From Fonticula alba ATCC 38817 (Eukaryota; Protista; Nucleariida): a stretch of DNA of 48,235 bases. Below the pieces are notes generated by a model. The model searched no databases. It had not been told where the DNA came from and saw only the letters and a list, made by a program, of their open reading frames with translations. A program made the position numbers and the translations under genes. This document shows positions 23,823-35,755 of the stretch, piece by piece (positions within the stretch are counted from its first letter, which is position 1; the number at the start of each line of letters is the position of its first letter). The DNA lies in NCBI GenBank assembly GCA_000388065.2, contig KB932203.1; one strand, given 5' to 3'.

Positions 23823-24305
23823 ATGACTGTTCCTAAGCGCCCGTCTCGGGGCGGCGCCGGGGGCCCGGCTCCCCGTCGGAGCCATCCCACATCCAGTCTC
23901 AGTCTCGATCGCTTTGCCAAGTTCGGCCAGTCGTCCTACCGCCGCGACCATGAGTCTACTGGTTCGTTTGGCGCATCAGCCTCGCCTCGCCTCGTGATTT
24001 GGCGCTCCCTTTTCCCTTTCCCTCTCCTCCTTCTCTCGTACCCTTGCTCGCGGGCATACGCCAGGCATCTGACCCATGATGACCAATGATGCACCTGACG
24101 CTGGTGTCGATATTGCCATCAGATGCGCACAAGTTCCGCCAGCGCCGCGTGTACGCCAGGGAGATCAAGTCCGCCGAGACGGAGAACTGGTTCGAGTCGG
24201 CCGTGTTCGATAGTGTGCGTGTGCAATGTGCTGCACCATCTGCCTGTCTTCCCTCCCCCCCATTTGCCCCTTCCCGTGGCGACAATCTCGTGTCTACTCC
24301 AGCCT

Positions 24306-24336
<31 letters not shown>

Positions 24337-24676
24337 ACTCCTCCCATAGGCCACCTCCCATGTGGAAGCTCCCCAAAAGACCAGTGCCGAGGAGGGTGAT
24401 GCTCTGCGCAAGAAGAAGAAGAAGAACCAGAAGCTGTCGCGCTTCCACAAGGACATTGCGATTGCTGAGACCAAGAAGCAAGAGGTTGCGGAGCAGCGCG
24501 AGCGCGAGCTAACTGAGCGCGAGGAGCGCCGGGCCGCTCGCAGTGAGAAGATCCGCGAGCGTGAGCGCGCACGCAGCATTCATGCCAAGAAAACCCGCGG
24601 CGGCCAGCCGAAGCTCAGCAATCAGATCGGTCTGCTGCTGGAGAAGATTCAGCGCGACACTCCCCCCAAAAAGTAG
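23823..24676 (+). CDS. rRNA-processing protein of the CCDC59(TAP26)/Fyv7 family, ~3 exons
   Basis: A basic coiled-coil ending in KKTRGGQPKLSNQIGLLLEKIQ matches the family's C-terminal KT+RGQP...LLEKIQ motif. The N-terminal exon carries LSLDRFAKFGQSSY. Middle-exon boundaries are tentative. Confidence 0.7.
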
Positions 24677-25213
24677 AATGCGTGTGTGCTTTATGCGGCA
24701 TCACGAAGAGTTGACCCGTGTGCCTGTTGCCCCCCCTCGCCCCCCCCCCCCCCCTAATAGAGGGGGAAAAGCCTGACAAAAATACATACAAAAATGCGCC
24801 ACACTTGTTTCTTGGTTGGAAATGAGGTGAGGGAGACGGCCAAATGGAAAGGTGCTACTAAAAAAAGGGCTTTGTATATTGTAAGAAAACATTGTGGAGG
24901 GAGGGGAGGGAGGGGGGGGGGAGGGGGGGAGGGGAAGTATCGACCCTCTCCTTTTCGTTCCTTCTGCTTGAGGGAGAGGAGGAGGTGCGGATGGTGGTCG
25001 CGCCGCGGGGGACTTCAACTGTGGCAAGAAAAGACAAGGAACCTAAGAAGGGCGAGCAATTCGCCGGCGGAGGAGCGGGGAGGAGGAGGAAACGGCGGGC
25101 AAGAACACCCCCAAGGGCATACATCGGTGGGCGGGCGGCGATACGTGCACGGAGGCGAAGGCCCGCAACCATGGCCCGAGTGGCAAGGCCCCTCCCCACG
25201 GTCCTGGCTCCAC

Positions 25214-26674
25214 TTACTCGTCGGAGGCGCCGTCCTCGGAGGTGGCCTTCTTGGCCTTCTTGGCGAAGCGACCACCATCACCACCGCGACCGCGCTTGAA
25301 GCCACCATGGCCGCTGTGGCGCTTGTCGCGCTGGCGCTGGTGGATGACGGTCCAGTAGTTGACATTGTCCTCGCCGACCAGGACAGCCAGGGTCGGGGTG
25401 GCGTCATCGATCTTGGGGTTGGTGGCCAGCAGGGCCTCCACGGCCTTAGCAGCCACACCGGACTCGGAGAAACGAATGTGCGCCTCGCTGCCACCACGGG
25501 TGTAGTCCACGAAGGCCACCGGAGCATGGGGCTCGAAGAGCTCGCGCAGAGACTCGCGGGTGGCAGACTCCGGCAGGCCGGTCACGCGGACGATGCAGTC
25601 CTCCTGGACGACAACGGCCTCGGCGGCGGCGGCGGCGGCCTGCTTGGAGCCCTTGGTGGCGCGCTCGCTGGCCTTCTCGGCCACGTGCGCGGCCTGGGTC
25701 ATGGTAGACAGCTCGGCATCCTTGAAGGTGTGGGTCTTGGCCAGGAAGTGGTCGGCGGCAGCCGGGGAGGTGAACTCGATGTAGACGGACCCCTTGAACT
25801 GCTTGGTGGAGGGGTTGCGACGCATGCGGACAACGGCCACGGTGGGGCGAGTCTCGCCCTCGGCGACGGTCATGTCGCTGATGGAAGCCGCAGCGAACTC
25901 GAGGATCTCATCGAGGGAGGCCTCGGTGGAGAAGCCCTTGGCATAGACGGTGGCCGCGGAAATGGAGTCCTTGAGGGAGTCGGCATCGGGGAGGGCGTTG
26001 ACGCGGCGGACGTTCTGGCGGTCCTCGGAGAGCTCAATCAGGCCGGAGGTGGTCTGGTGCCAGGGAGAGGGCCAATGGGTCAGGGGCGGGGGGGCGNNNN
26101 NNNNNNNNNNNNNNNNNNNNNNNNNNNNNNNNNNNNNNNNNNNNNNNNNNNNNNNNNNNNNNNNNNNNNNNNNNNNNAGAAGGGGGCAGATTGCCTGGGT
26201 GGTACCTTGGAGACGGCATCGGCAATCAGCTCCAGGTCGGTGGACATGGAGGAAATGCGCTTGAAGGAGGCAAGCAGCGCAAGGGGAACCCCTGGACGGT
26301 GGATGGGAAGGCGGAGAGACGGGAGTGTGAGAAGGGAGGAGTGGACCAGGGGAAGCCAACCGAGAGGAGGAGAACGCACAGCCGTTCTCAGACTCCTCGA
26401 TCTTGGTGCGCATGAAGCGATCGCGAACAACATTGTTGTCGCTGAAGTAGAACTCGATCTGGTTGAGGATGCGAGAGCCAAGCTCAACCTTTTTTTTTTT
26501 TTTTTTTGGTTCGCGCGCGTATGGGGAAGGCCGGGGGAAGAGGGGGGAGAGGAAAAAGGGTGAGGAAGGAGAAAGGCGAGGAGAACTGGGAAGAGATGCA
26601 GGGGGAAAGACTGGAGAGGCAGATGCTGGGCGAGGGGAGGGGGGGGGGAAGGAGAAACTCACGGAGTCAGACAT
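25214..26674 (-). CDS. SSB: La protein (SSB/Lhp1): La motif + RRM1 + RRM2 + basic tail, 4 exons
   Basis: MSDS|VELGSRILNQIEFYFSDNNVVRDRF, WVPLALLASFKRI, LIELSEDRQNVRR, TVYAKGF, VRMRR...FKGSVYIEF, second RRM CIVRVTGLP...VAFVDYTRG...LVGEDNVNYW. A gap lies inside intron 3. Confidence 0.93.
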   Translation of the reverse strand: MSDSVSFSFPPPSPRPASASPVFPPASLPSSPRLSPSSPFFLSPLFPRPSPYAREPKKKKKKVELGSRILNQIEFYFSDNNVVRDRFMRTKIEESENGCAFSSSRLASPGPLLPSHTPVSPPSHPPSRGSPCAACLLQAHFLHVHRPGADCRCRLQGTTQAICPLXXXXXXXXXXXXXXXXXXXXXXXXXXXXAPPPLTHWPSPWHQTTSGLIELSEDRQNVRRVNALPDADSLKDSISAATVYAKGFSTEASLDEILEFAAASISDMTVAEGETRPTVAVVRMRRNPSTKQFKGSVYIEFTSPAAADHFLAKTHTFKDAELSTMTQAAHVAEKASERATKGSKQAAAAAAEAVVVQEDCIVRVTGLPESATRESLRELFEPHAPVAFVDYTRGGSEAHIRFSESGVAAKAVEALLATNPKIDDATPTLAVLVGEDNVNYWTVIHQRQRDKRHSGHGGFKRGRGGDGGRFAKKAKKATSEDGASDE

Positions 26675-29600
26675 GGTGGAGTGGATCGGGGGAAGGGGGA
26701 GCGGGAGACACCAAGGGAGGAGGAAAGCCGCGGGGGGGGGGATGAGGGCCAAAATGGCGACACGCATTGGGCCACCACATGGCTGCCTCATGAAGAGGCC
26801 GGGCCTTGGATGAAAATACATCCATGTGACCATATTCCGCATGGGCCGTGCCCTCCGTTGTGTGGGGCATGTGGTGTTCGATGTCGGATCACGCGCGGGT
26901 CAGTCTTCGGAACTTTTCATCCAACAGGGCCGCTGAGCGACCTCTCGGCGCCCACTGAGCCCTCATTCCCCCGACACTCTCAGGGGGGGGGGGCGCGCGC
27001 AGGTCAGCGGGAGCACCTGAACGGCAGATCAAAAGGAACATTCCATCAGGGGACGCTTTTCCCGGAGGGCTGAGCCATATTGGAGCAAAAGAGCGGGGGA
27101 GGCGGCATACACCAGCGGAAGGGGTGGCAGAGAGAGAATAGATACCAAAGGACTAGGGGCGTTTGCATCTTGTCCGTGCGTCCTCGGGTCAACGGGCTTG
27201 TGTCACCCTGAGCGCCCGGGAGCAAGCCGAGGAGGAGGGACATGGCCTCAACCCTAGCGAAAATTGTTTGGGCCCCCCTGTTCCTCGCGGGGCCGCCCTG
27301 CCCCGGGCCTGCACGACGTCGAGAAGAGCGGAAAACCGCCTGTGTCCCCGGGGGACCGGGAGGGCGCGGGCTGGAAACGGCCAAAGGTGTGTTCGCCTTG
27401 CGTTCTCCCCCGGCCGGCGCGGCATACTGGGGGCCACTGTGTAGCTTTGGCGGTATTCTCGGATGTGGGCAAGCGCCCGTGCAGGTGCAGGTGTCTGGGA
27501 GAGTAGCGACACAAGAGGCTAGAATGGGCTTATTTTTAATCAGCTATTTTCCGCCCTGCTCGGTGGCTTCTCCCGGTTGGTTGCCGGGCGGTCGGGTCTC
27601 ATCTCCTCCCATGAGCCTTCTCCCCCCTCCCCCGCCCCCCTCTCGGGCACGCCACACAAGCGCAGGCGCGCACACACTCACACACACAGACCCGCGGCGA
27701 ATATTGCGGTGGGCGCTTTCCGCGGTCCCAATCGTGCGGGGAGGTGCGCGCACCAAGCGGCCATTTCCCATGGTGCCCTGGTAATAGGCCTCATTCCGCG
27801 CCGCGGGGTCGCCCGCCCGCGAGGGCAGCGCTTTGTGCCTTTCCGGTTATGGTTTCCCCGTGGCCGGTGCCTGGCTTGCTGAGCTTGGGTGGGGGGGGGG
27901 GGGGCGCCCCTCAACATTAGGCAGCGGCTCCGCGAGAGGGGGCGCCGCCCTGGAGCGGGTGGGGGACCCGGGAGCAATGTCGCCTTCCAATATTGGGCTC
28001 TGCCTGCGAGCGGTGTTCCGGCCAGGTGGCATTCCTCCGGTGTTTTCCGCTCTCACCGGTGTCGCCTTTTGCATTGGCGCGTGCGGGTTACAGTGTCTTT
28101 CTCCTCTTTGCCCTCCGCGCCGGTGGCTGTCCTCCCCCCCCCCCTCCCGGGATGTGAAGCAGGTGGCTGGGGGGGGGGGTAGAGACAGGAGCGGGGTCAG
28201 GCCCCGTGCCCGAGGGGCACCTCCTCTCAAAGGAGGCCCGAGGGGTTGGGGCACCTCGGCGGCTGGGCTTTCGCGCCCGAGGGGAAGAGGAATTCCGGAA
28301 TTACAGGTGCGTGTCGTCCGCCGGTCGCCGGCTGTGAAACTAGAGCCGCGCCCTTCTGCCTGCATTTCGCGCGCGCGCGCGCGCGTGTGTGCCGGCTGCT
28401 CATGCTTGGGCTAGAGAGCGCAGGCTGGAGAAGGTCCCCGGACTGCCCTCGTCCCCTCCCCCCTCGAGCCGTAGTCGCCTCGCTCTCTGGCACCTTCCTT
28501 TTCCATGAACGAACTAGGTTAGCCAAGTCCCATGAGCAGGGCACACACCGGCCCGCACAGGCCAGGCGGAGGTATTGTGCCGGCAGGTCCCGGCGTGAGG
28601 TGACGACCGTGTGTGCGTGTGCGCCTCTGCGTGCGCTCACCCGTACGAACTGGCCCTTCCCTGGCTGGGAGGAGGCGGCGCATAGGGGGGGCGGGGGGCG
28701 GAGGTGCTGGGGGTCAGCTCCCGGCCCCCAAATCCCCTTTTGTTATTGTTGGGGGGGGGGGGGGGGTGCGTGTGTGTGTGGTTGTCGCCTCCCTTCCTCT
28801 GGCGCGGCTGGCGCGCCCCGCCGAGCTGGGACGGTGCGAGCCGACAACGGAAGCAGCCAGTACCCGCCTCTCTGGGCGTGTGAGCCCCCTGCCACCACTC
28901 GTCGCCCCGTCCGTGGTGAGCGATGTGGGCTTCCCTTCCGGCGTCAGTGCCGACCATAGGTCGGTCCCAGGCGGGCCGGGAGGACGGGCGGGGCCCGGGC
29001 CGAGACGCGCTCCGTTGCCGGAACAAGCCGCCCTCCCCTTGCCCCCGGAGTGCGTTTAGGTATGCGGCCACTGGTGTGTGTGCGTGTGCGTGTGCGTGTG
29101 CGTGTGTGTCGAGCTCGGGCGCACCTACGCGCATGTCAGGTGCGTATGTCCCTGCGGTCGCTGGGGGAGGTGGGGGGGCTGCGCTCGCCCCTCCCAGGGG
29201 TGGGGGGGGTTCCCCGCGGTGGTGCGCCTGTGTTAGGTTCTCCTGCCCGAGGGTGGTCCAACGGGCGGCCCGGGTGCCTGAGAGCCCCGCTGGAGACTTC
29301 CTTGGAAGTGCTCCACCCCCCCCCCCCCCCGGCGTGCTTGCCTGCATGCCTGCGCGGGTTCCAGGCGGAGTGCCCGTCGGGTGCCGGGAGGAGGGGGTGA
29401 GCTGGGCCAGGCGGAGGCCGTGCCTGGGCGGGGTGCAGGGGTGCGCCGGAGGGCACCCGCGGCGGTGAGCGCGACCCGCCCCCCCGCCGCCCCCCGCCGC
29501 CCCAAACAGGCGCAGGTGTGTGTCGGTGCGCGGGTGTGCGACCCGGCCGGAGGCCCCGGGCGGGAGCACATAAATAAGGGCCGGCGCCGGGCGGCGGGTC

Positions 29601-29690
29601 CCGGGAGACGGGGCGGTCATCTCGCGTTTTGTTTTTAGAACTTGCCTGCCTGTGCTCGCTCCCCTAGGACAGACCTCGACTTTCTCCACC

Positions 29691-30509
29691 ATGGCCGACG
29701 TTTCCGACTCCCGCATCCCCGAGGCTTACGCCGACGTCCGCAACGACAACACCGACACCAACTGGTACGCCCGCCGCGAAGTGGTGACATTCCCCCCTTG
29801 CCTGCTCTCCCCCTCCCTTCCCCTCTCCTGACACAAGCCCCCCCCCCCCTCCCCCCGCCTCCTCCCCTTCCCCCCGGTCTCCCGAACCCTCTCCCCCATC
29901 TTTTCCCCGTGCTCAGGGCCCTGTTCGCCTACTCCGACGACACCAGCAACACCATCGTCGTTGCTGACTCCGGCTCCGGTGGCCTCGAGGAGTTCAAGGC
30001 TGCCCTCGCCAAGGTCGATGCCGGCTACGGCTTCCTCCGCTTCACCGTCGGCAACGACGAGCTGAGCAAGCGCGCCAAGTTCGTCTTCGTTTCTTACACT
30101 GGCCCCAGCTGCCGCGTCCTCCGCAAGGCTCGTGTCTCCATCCACCAGGCCGACCTCAAGACCCACATCAAGGTCCGTTCCTGCCCCCGGTTGCTTCTTC
30201 TTCTTCTTCTTCTTCGCACACACATTCCCCGCCGGGCTGTTTGTCCCCCCTCTTCCTCTCTTTCCTGCCCGCGTTTGTCCCCATTCCCCCTCGTGCCCAT
30301 GGAATCATCTGCTGACACAATCCCCCCCTCCCGGCGGCTTCCCCCCCTCTCTCTCCCCCCCTCTCCTGCCTCCCTATTTTCTTCACCCACAGGACTTCTC
30401 CATCCAGATTGGCATTGATGACGTCCACGACCTCAAGGAGTCCGACATCCTCACCCAGCTGAAGAAGGCCATGGGTGCCAACTACGATCGCCAGGCCTCC
30501 GGCTACTAA
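29691..30509 (+). CDS. COTL1: Coactosin-like ADF-H actin-binding protein, 3 coding exons
   Basis: AYADVRNDNTDTNW|ALFAY, GSGGLEEF, YGFLRFTVGNDELSKRAKFVFVSYTGP...LRKARVSIH, LKKAMGANYD. Strong C/G third-codon-position bias. Confidence 0.93.
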
Positions 30510-32513
30510 ACGCGCGCTCTGTGTGTGTGGTACACCAGGGCTTCCCTCCCGGGGCGCCTCATAGGTGCGCGCGCGACCGTTCGCGCGTGTGCACACTCCC
30601 CACCGCTCTCTGCCCACGCGCGCGCGCGCGCGTGCCTGCATGTGCGTGCCTTTTTTGGCTCCCATGACGTCGTCACTGCTGGGCAGCGACGGCGGGGAGG
30701 GCCTCAGTGTGCATTGCCTCCTTTCTCCTCCATATGCAAGGCGGCGATGCTCGCTGCTGCGCACAGGATGATGTGCATCCCTCTGTTCTCCTTCCCTCCC
30801 CTTTCTCGCTCTCTCGCTCTCTCCTGCTGCGCGCCCTCCCCCTACCTGGGGGGGGGACGCGCGTGAGGTGAGGGTGGGCCGAGGCAGAGAGAGAGGCCGG
30901 CGGACCAAGCCCAGGGGGTGCGCGCCTTCCTGCGAGAATATACAGTCCTTTTCCAAACACCGCACAACACCCCGCACGTTTGTCCCCCGTGTCTCCTTCC
31001 TGCACTCTGTTTTTCTGTTCACACACGCACGCGCGCGCGCATGATGTGCTCTTCCTTCTCCTCCCTCGCTCTGTTCTTTTCTTCGTTGCGTGTTTTTTTT
31101 TTTTCAGGACACGGGGACACGCTACGAAGGGGGAGGCCGGCCGACGTGTGTTTGTCCCGTCGCCCTGATCCCTGCCGGGGGGACGGGGGGAGGTCTGCCG
31201 TTCCCCTGTCCCTCTGCCATACACCCCCTGCGCGCCCAGAGGCCCGGGAAGAGGGGGAAAAATGTACAGCGCAAGAGGGTTTAGCGTGCATTCGCACCAG
31301 GGGGCTCATTATGAGGGGGGCGGAGGAGGAGTTGCGGCAGCCGTATTTCCTCCCGCGAACTCCCTTCCCCCTTGGAAAATGCGCACGCCCACAAAAGAGG
31401 GACAGCTTGCTCTGGCAGAGGCGACCACGGAGAAAGTTCCACAAACGTGAGGAGTGTGGGCAGGTATGTGCGCCTGAGCGGCCCGAGCCACTAGGGATCC
31501 TTGGATCGTACTTTTCGCCATTGTCGACCGTCGCCCGAGGGTTGGCCGGACACGGGCGGCAGCCTCAGGGGGGGCGAGGGGGAAGGAGAGCTCGCGCTTG
31601 TCGGAGCCTTGTCGCCAGTATACTCTCGCCCTCGGACGCTCACCCCTTCCTCGGGGGCGAGAGGCCAACGGGCAGCAGCATGGGGGGCCCTTCGCACGGT
31701 GCCGAGTAGCCTCCGAGGAGCATTTTTCTCGGCCGACCAATCAGCGACATGCTCCTGTGGGTCGTCTGCGACTCCCCTGGGGGTTGCACCGCATCTAGCA
31801 GGGGCCGCCCCCCTTTCCCCCCTGTCCTCGCCCACCGTGTGGGTGGGTGTGTCGGGGGGGGGGGGGGGGAGTGAGGGCGGCAGGAAATTTCGCTCAGATG
31901 CGCTTGCAATTGGAGACTGAGAGAGCTCGGAGCAGGATAGAGCGACCGGGAGAGGGGCGACAAGGGACGGGGGAACCGTGTAGCCCACCACCAGGGCCAA
32001 AGGGGGTACCGCTATTTGTCCCGGAATGGCAATTCCCCGGCGAAAGTTGGCCGCCAACAACGTCGTTGTGGGATCACGCGGATAATGCGTAGCACCTGAC
32101 TGAATGGCACATTTCTCCGGGCATAATTCAAAACAATCCCCCACAAGGGAAATGGGGGCGGCGCGACCTGCCTTGCCCCCCCCCCCCCCCAGTTGCATGT
32201 CCCGAATGGGCCCCCAAAGTCGACGAGGGGGGAGGAGGAGGCGGGCGCCGACGGAGTATCCCCTCGCTGGTGATAATGGCCTTGGCCGGGAACCCTTTTG
32301 TGACAGCCTCCGGCCCAGACGTCTCCGTCTGCGCGCGGAGCGATCTTGCCATCCAGCTTCTCCCCCTCATCCTCCCTCGTTCTTGCCCCTGTCCCTGCCC
32401 TCGCCCTTGCTCTCGTCCTCGCCTTCCCACAGATACCTCTTCCCTCCCCCCCCCCCCCCGGGCCATCTCCGTGTATCCGTCGCCCCTTTCTCCCCTCACC
32501 GTCAGTCGCGAGG

Positions 32514-34412
32514 ATGAGCGGGCCCTCTGTTGGCCGTGCTACCCCGCCGCCGGGTAGTCCCACTTTTGTGCCGATCTCCCAGTCGCCAGATTACATGGCC
32601 TTCCGGCGACTGGTTGCCCACCAAAAGGTGCGACTTCGGTTCCCCCCCCCCCTCCTCCTCCCCTCCCGGCTGTTCCTCTCCCCTCCCTCCGCATCATTTC
32701 CCCTCTTTCGCCCTCCCCCATGCATCCACGCACATGTGCGCGTTGCAAGGGCACACCAAAGATAGCCCCACTCACATGTTGGCACCCATGCACGCACACG
32801 TCAATGAATACCCCTCCTTCGAGGGCATCAACAGAAGATCTGCCAAGTGGCATATGGCAAGTGCTACGAATGGGGCTTTTACGACTGCAAACCTCTGAAC
32901 TCCTCCAACATCTCGCTGAAGAGCATGCCGACGCTGTTGTGCATCCCGCACATCGGTGGTACCGCGGCCAGCTTCTTCCGTCTGGCGTCCACCCTCTCAG
33001 CGCGCGGGTTTCGAGTGATTGCCGTGCGTGGCAGCCGTCCCTTCCCCTGTCTCACATCGAGTGGCCCGTTGGCCGCCTGTCCGCCTGGCCGATGTTCCTT
33101 CTGACTGATGCGAACCTTCCCTCCTCCCCCCCCCCCTCCCCCCCCGACCGAACCCATTGCAGGTGGACTATCCCCCGGTTGACTCGCACTTTGAGTTTGG
33201 CGACTCATTGAACAAGTTCCTCGAGTCACTGGACATCGACCAGGTCCACATTTTGGGCAATGCGCTCGGCGGCTTCCTGGCCCAGCACTTCGCCTTTGTC
33301 CACCCGCAGGGGGCCAAGCGCGTTCTTTCGCTGGTCCTCATCAACTCCTTCTGCTCGACGCGTCTCTTTTCGATGAACACTCCGTACATGGGATTGTGCG
33401 TTTGACCCGCCCCAATGATATGTGCGCCCGGGCGCGTGTCTACAAACTTCCCTCCTCGCTAACGCGCGTCCTCCACCCCCCCCCCCTCCCCTCCCGCCCT
33501 GCAGCTTCAACTGGGCCCCGGAGTTTGCCCTCAAGCGCATCCTCCTGCGCAACCTTCCGCAGAAGGAGCTCCCGCCGGCACTGGCCGACTCCATTGACTT
33601 CATGGTTGATCAGGTTCGTGGATGGATCGGCATTCGTCCCTTTCGCATCACCCACTGCTCCGGCCGCTTCTCCTCGTCTTCTCTCATGCTTGGCTGTTCA
33701 CCGTCTTCCACCTTGCCCCTGCGCTGGCTTTGCCCTTCTGTCGGCATAGATCGAGTCCCTGAGCCGTGATACCATTGTCTCGCGTCTCATCCTGAACACC
33801 ATCTCGTTGACCCTCTCGCCGGCCCTCATCCGAGCGGCGTACACGAACCGGAGTTGCGCGGTCCGACGCGTGACCCTGGTCGAGAGCATGGAGGCCGAGG
33901 ATGACAACTCCGACGCGGTGGCTGTCTCCACGCAACTGCGCGACGAGTGTCGCGAGTGCTATACGGCTGCCTTCGCCTCCCTGACGCCGGATGTGGATCC
34001 GGCTGTCGCGGCCGCCGATGCCGGAATACAGCCCGGCTCCAGTCTGCCCAACGACGGGGTGATCGGCGAAGTCCGTTCGGCTTACATCCGCGGCGGCGGG
34101 AACTTCCCCTTCCTTTCGCACACCCAGGAGCTGGCCATGCTGGTGCGCGTCCACATGCTGCCCTTTAGCGAGCTTGCCCAGGAGGCGGAGGCCACCGCCG
34201 CCCCCGATGGCGTGGCTGTGCCCGACGCGGGCACCAGCGCCGGGTCACCGGACGCCAGCGACCATGAAGATTGCGACAGTTCGCCACCGGTGATCGTCCT
34301 GGCGGACGATGTCATCCCCGTGGGCGATGCCTCAGACACCAGTGATGTCGATGGTAATACCGCGGCCAGCGCCGGCGATGTTGATGGGAACGCCACGGAT
34401 GGCAGCAACTAA
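32514..34412 (+). CDS. SPG21: Maspardin (SPG21/ACP33) alpha/beta-hydrolase-fold protein, 5 exons
   Basis: SPDYMAFRRLV, WGFYD, GGTAASFF, GFRVIA|VDYP, LDIDQVHILGNALGGFLAQHF, LVLINSF, LADSIDFMVDQ|IESL...SRLILN and GGGNFPFLS match maspardin; acidic low-complexity tail. Confidence 0.93.
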
Positions 34413-35755
34413 TGGTGTGGGGCACACGCACGGGTGCACATGGTGTGTGTGTGTGTGCGCATATTTCTGTGTATGTGCATCCTGCACCGGTTTCCCTCCC
34501 TTGTATCTACAGCATGTTCCCTCCCCAATCTACCGACCATCCNNNNNNNNNNTTTTCACGCAGCATTTAGCGAGAAGCTGGCCGCCCAGAATATGACGAA
34601 CCAACCACGCCTCCCCTTCGGCGCTTCCCCTGTTTTCCTGGCCGTCTGCTGTTGTGATTCCGCGCGTGCCTCCGTGTGCCATCTTCCTTCAGAAAAGCGG
34701 GCGATCGTGCGGGCAGTGCATGTGATTGGATCACGGCATACACACATGATCAGAGAGCACAAGAGTCGGCCCTGACCGTCGGGGGTTTGAGGCCATGCAG
34801 ACACCCTGGTCGTTCCGGCGTGAATTTCATCTGACTCCGGACCGCCGGGAGCCGGGGCTGGTATAACGAAAGGTGAGGCTGAGGGCAGGGGGGGGGGGCA
34901 TCGAGCATGCTCTCCCTCGATCGGTCGAGGCGCCAGCGAACGTGCGCCCATCCCGAGAACGTGGTATTGAGTGTCCCCGTCTTGTCGCTGGGCCGGCCTT
35001 TCAAGGCTCCCTTCCCCCCGTGTGTTGGCCATCAGCTGGCAGGTATTTGCTGTTGTTGATGTGACTTTCTCGTGCTCGGCCCGCAAGAGGCTGCGGGAGA
35101 GAATAACACCCGCGTGTGCCAGAGCAAGATGCTCCCCCCCCCCCCCCCCATACGGCTCCACGCCTCCCAAGCGATCCCCGAGGCCACCAGCCAGGTGGAG
35201 GTGACAACGAAGGGTGCCGCCCGGCCCTCAAGCGACCAGCCACACCCAGGCCCGCGCAGCGCGGTCGCCCAAAGAGCATGTTGCTCTTCCATGGTTCTCT
35301 CCTCGCCTCCCGTTCTATGTCGGTGCTGACATTTCCGGCCCCATTGAGCGGGACGATTGTGTGTGGGATGTGGGGCTTTTCTCATGCCGGGTGAAGGGCC
35401 GGGGCGGGTGACGAGAGGAGATCCTCACCCCTGAATTGGCCGATCTTCGCCTGTCTGCGGGAACATTTATCAGCCGAAAGCCTGCGAGGAAGACACATCA
35501 CTGGCCGAATCACCCTGCACCACGATCACCCCTCTCAACTTGCTGCTCGCCCGTCCACTCGCCGCCCTCAGCGCTGCACTCGCTTCGACTTCCTCCACCA
35601 TCTCCCGGCCCCCCCCCCCNNNNNNNNNNNNNNNNNNNNNNNNNNNNNNNNNNNNNNNNNNNNNNNNNNNNNNNNNNNNCCCCCCCCCCCCCGCCCCCCC
35701 TCGCCCCTCCCCGCCTCCGGCCTTCATCCTGTAGTTTCCTTTCCTGGCCATCCGA

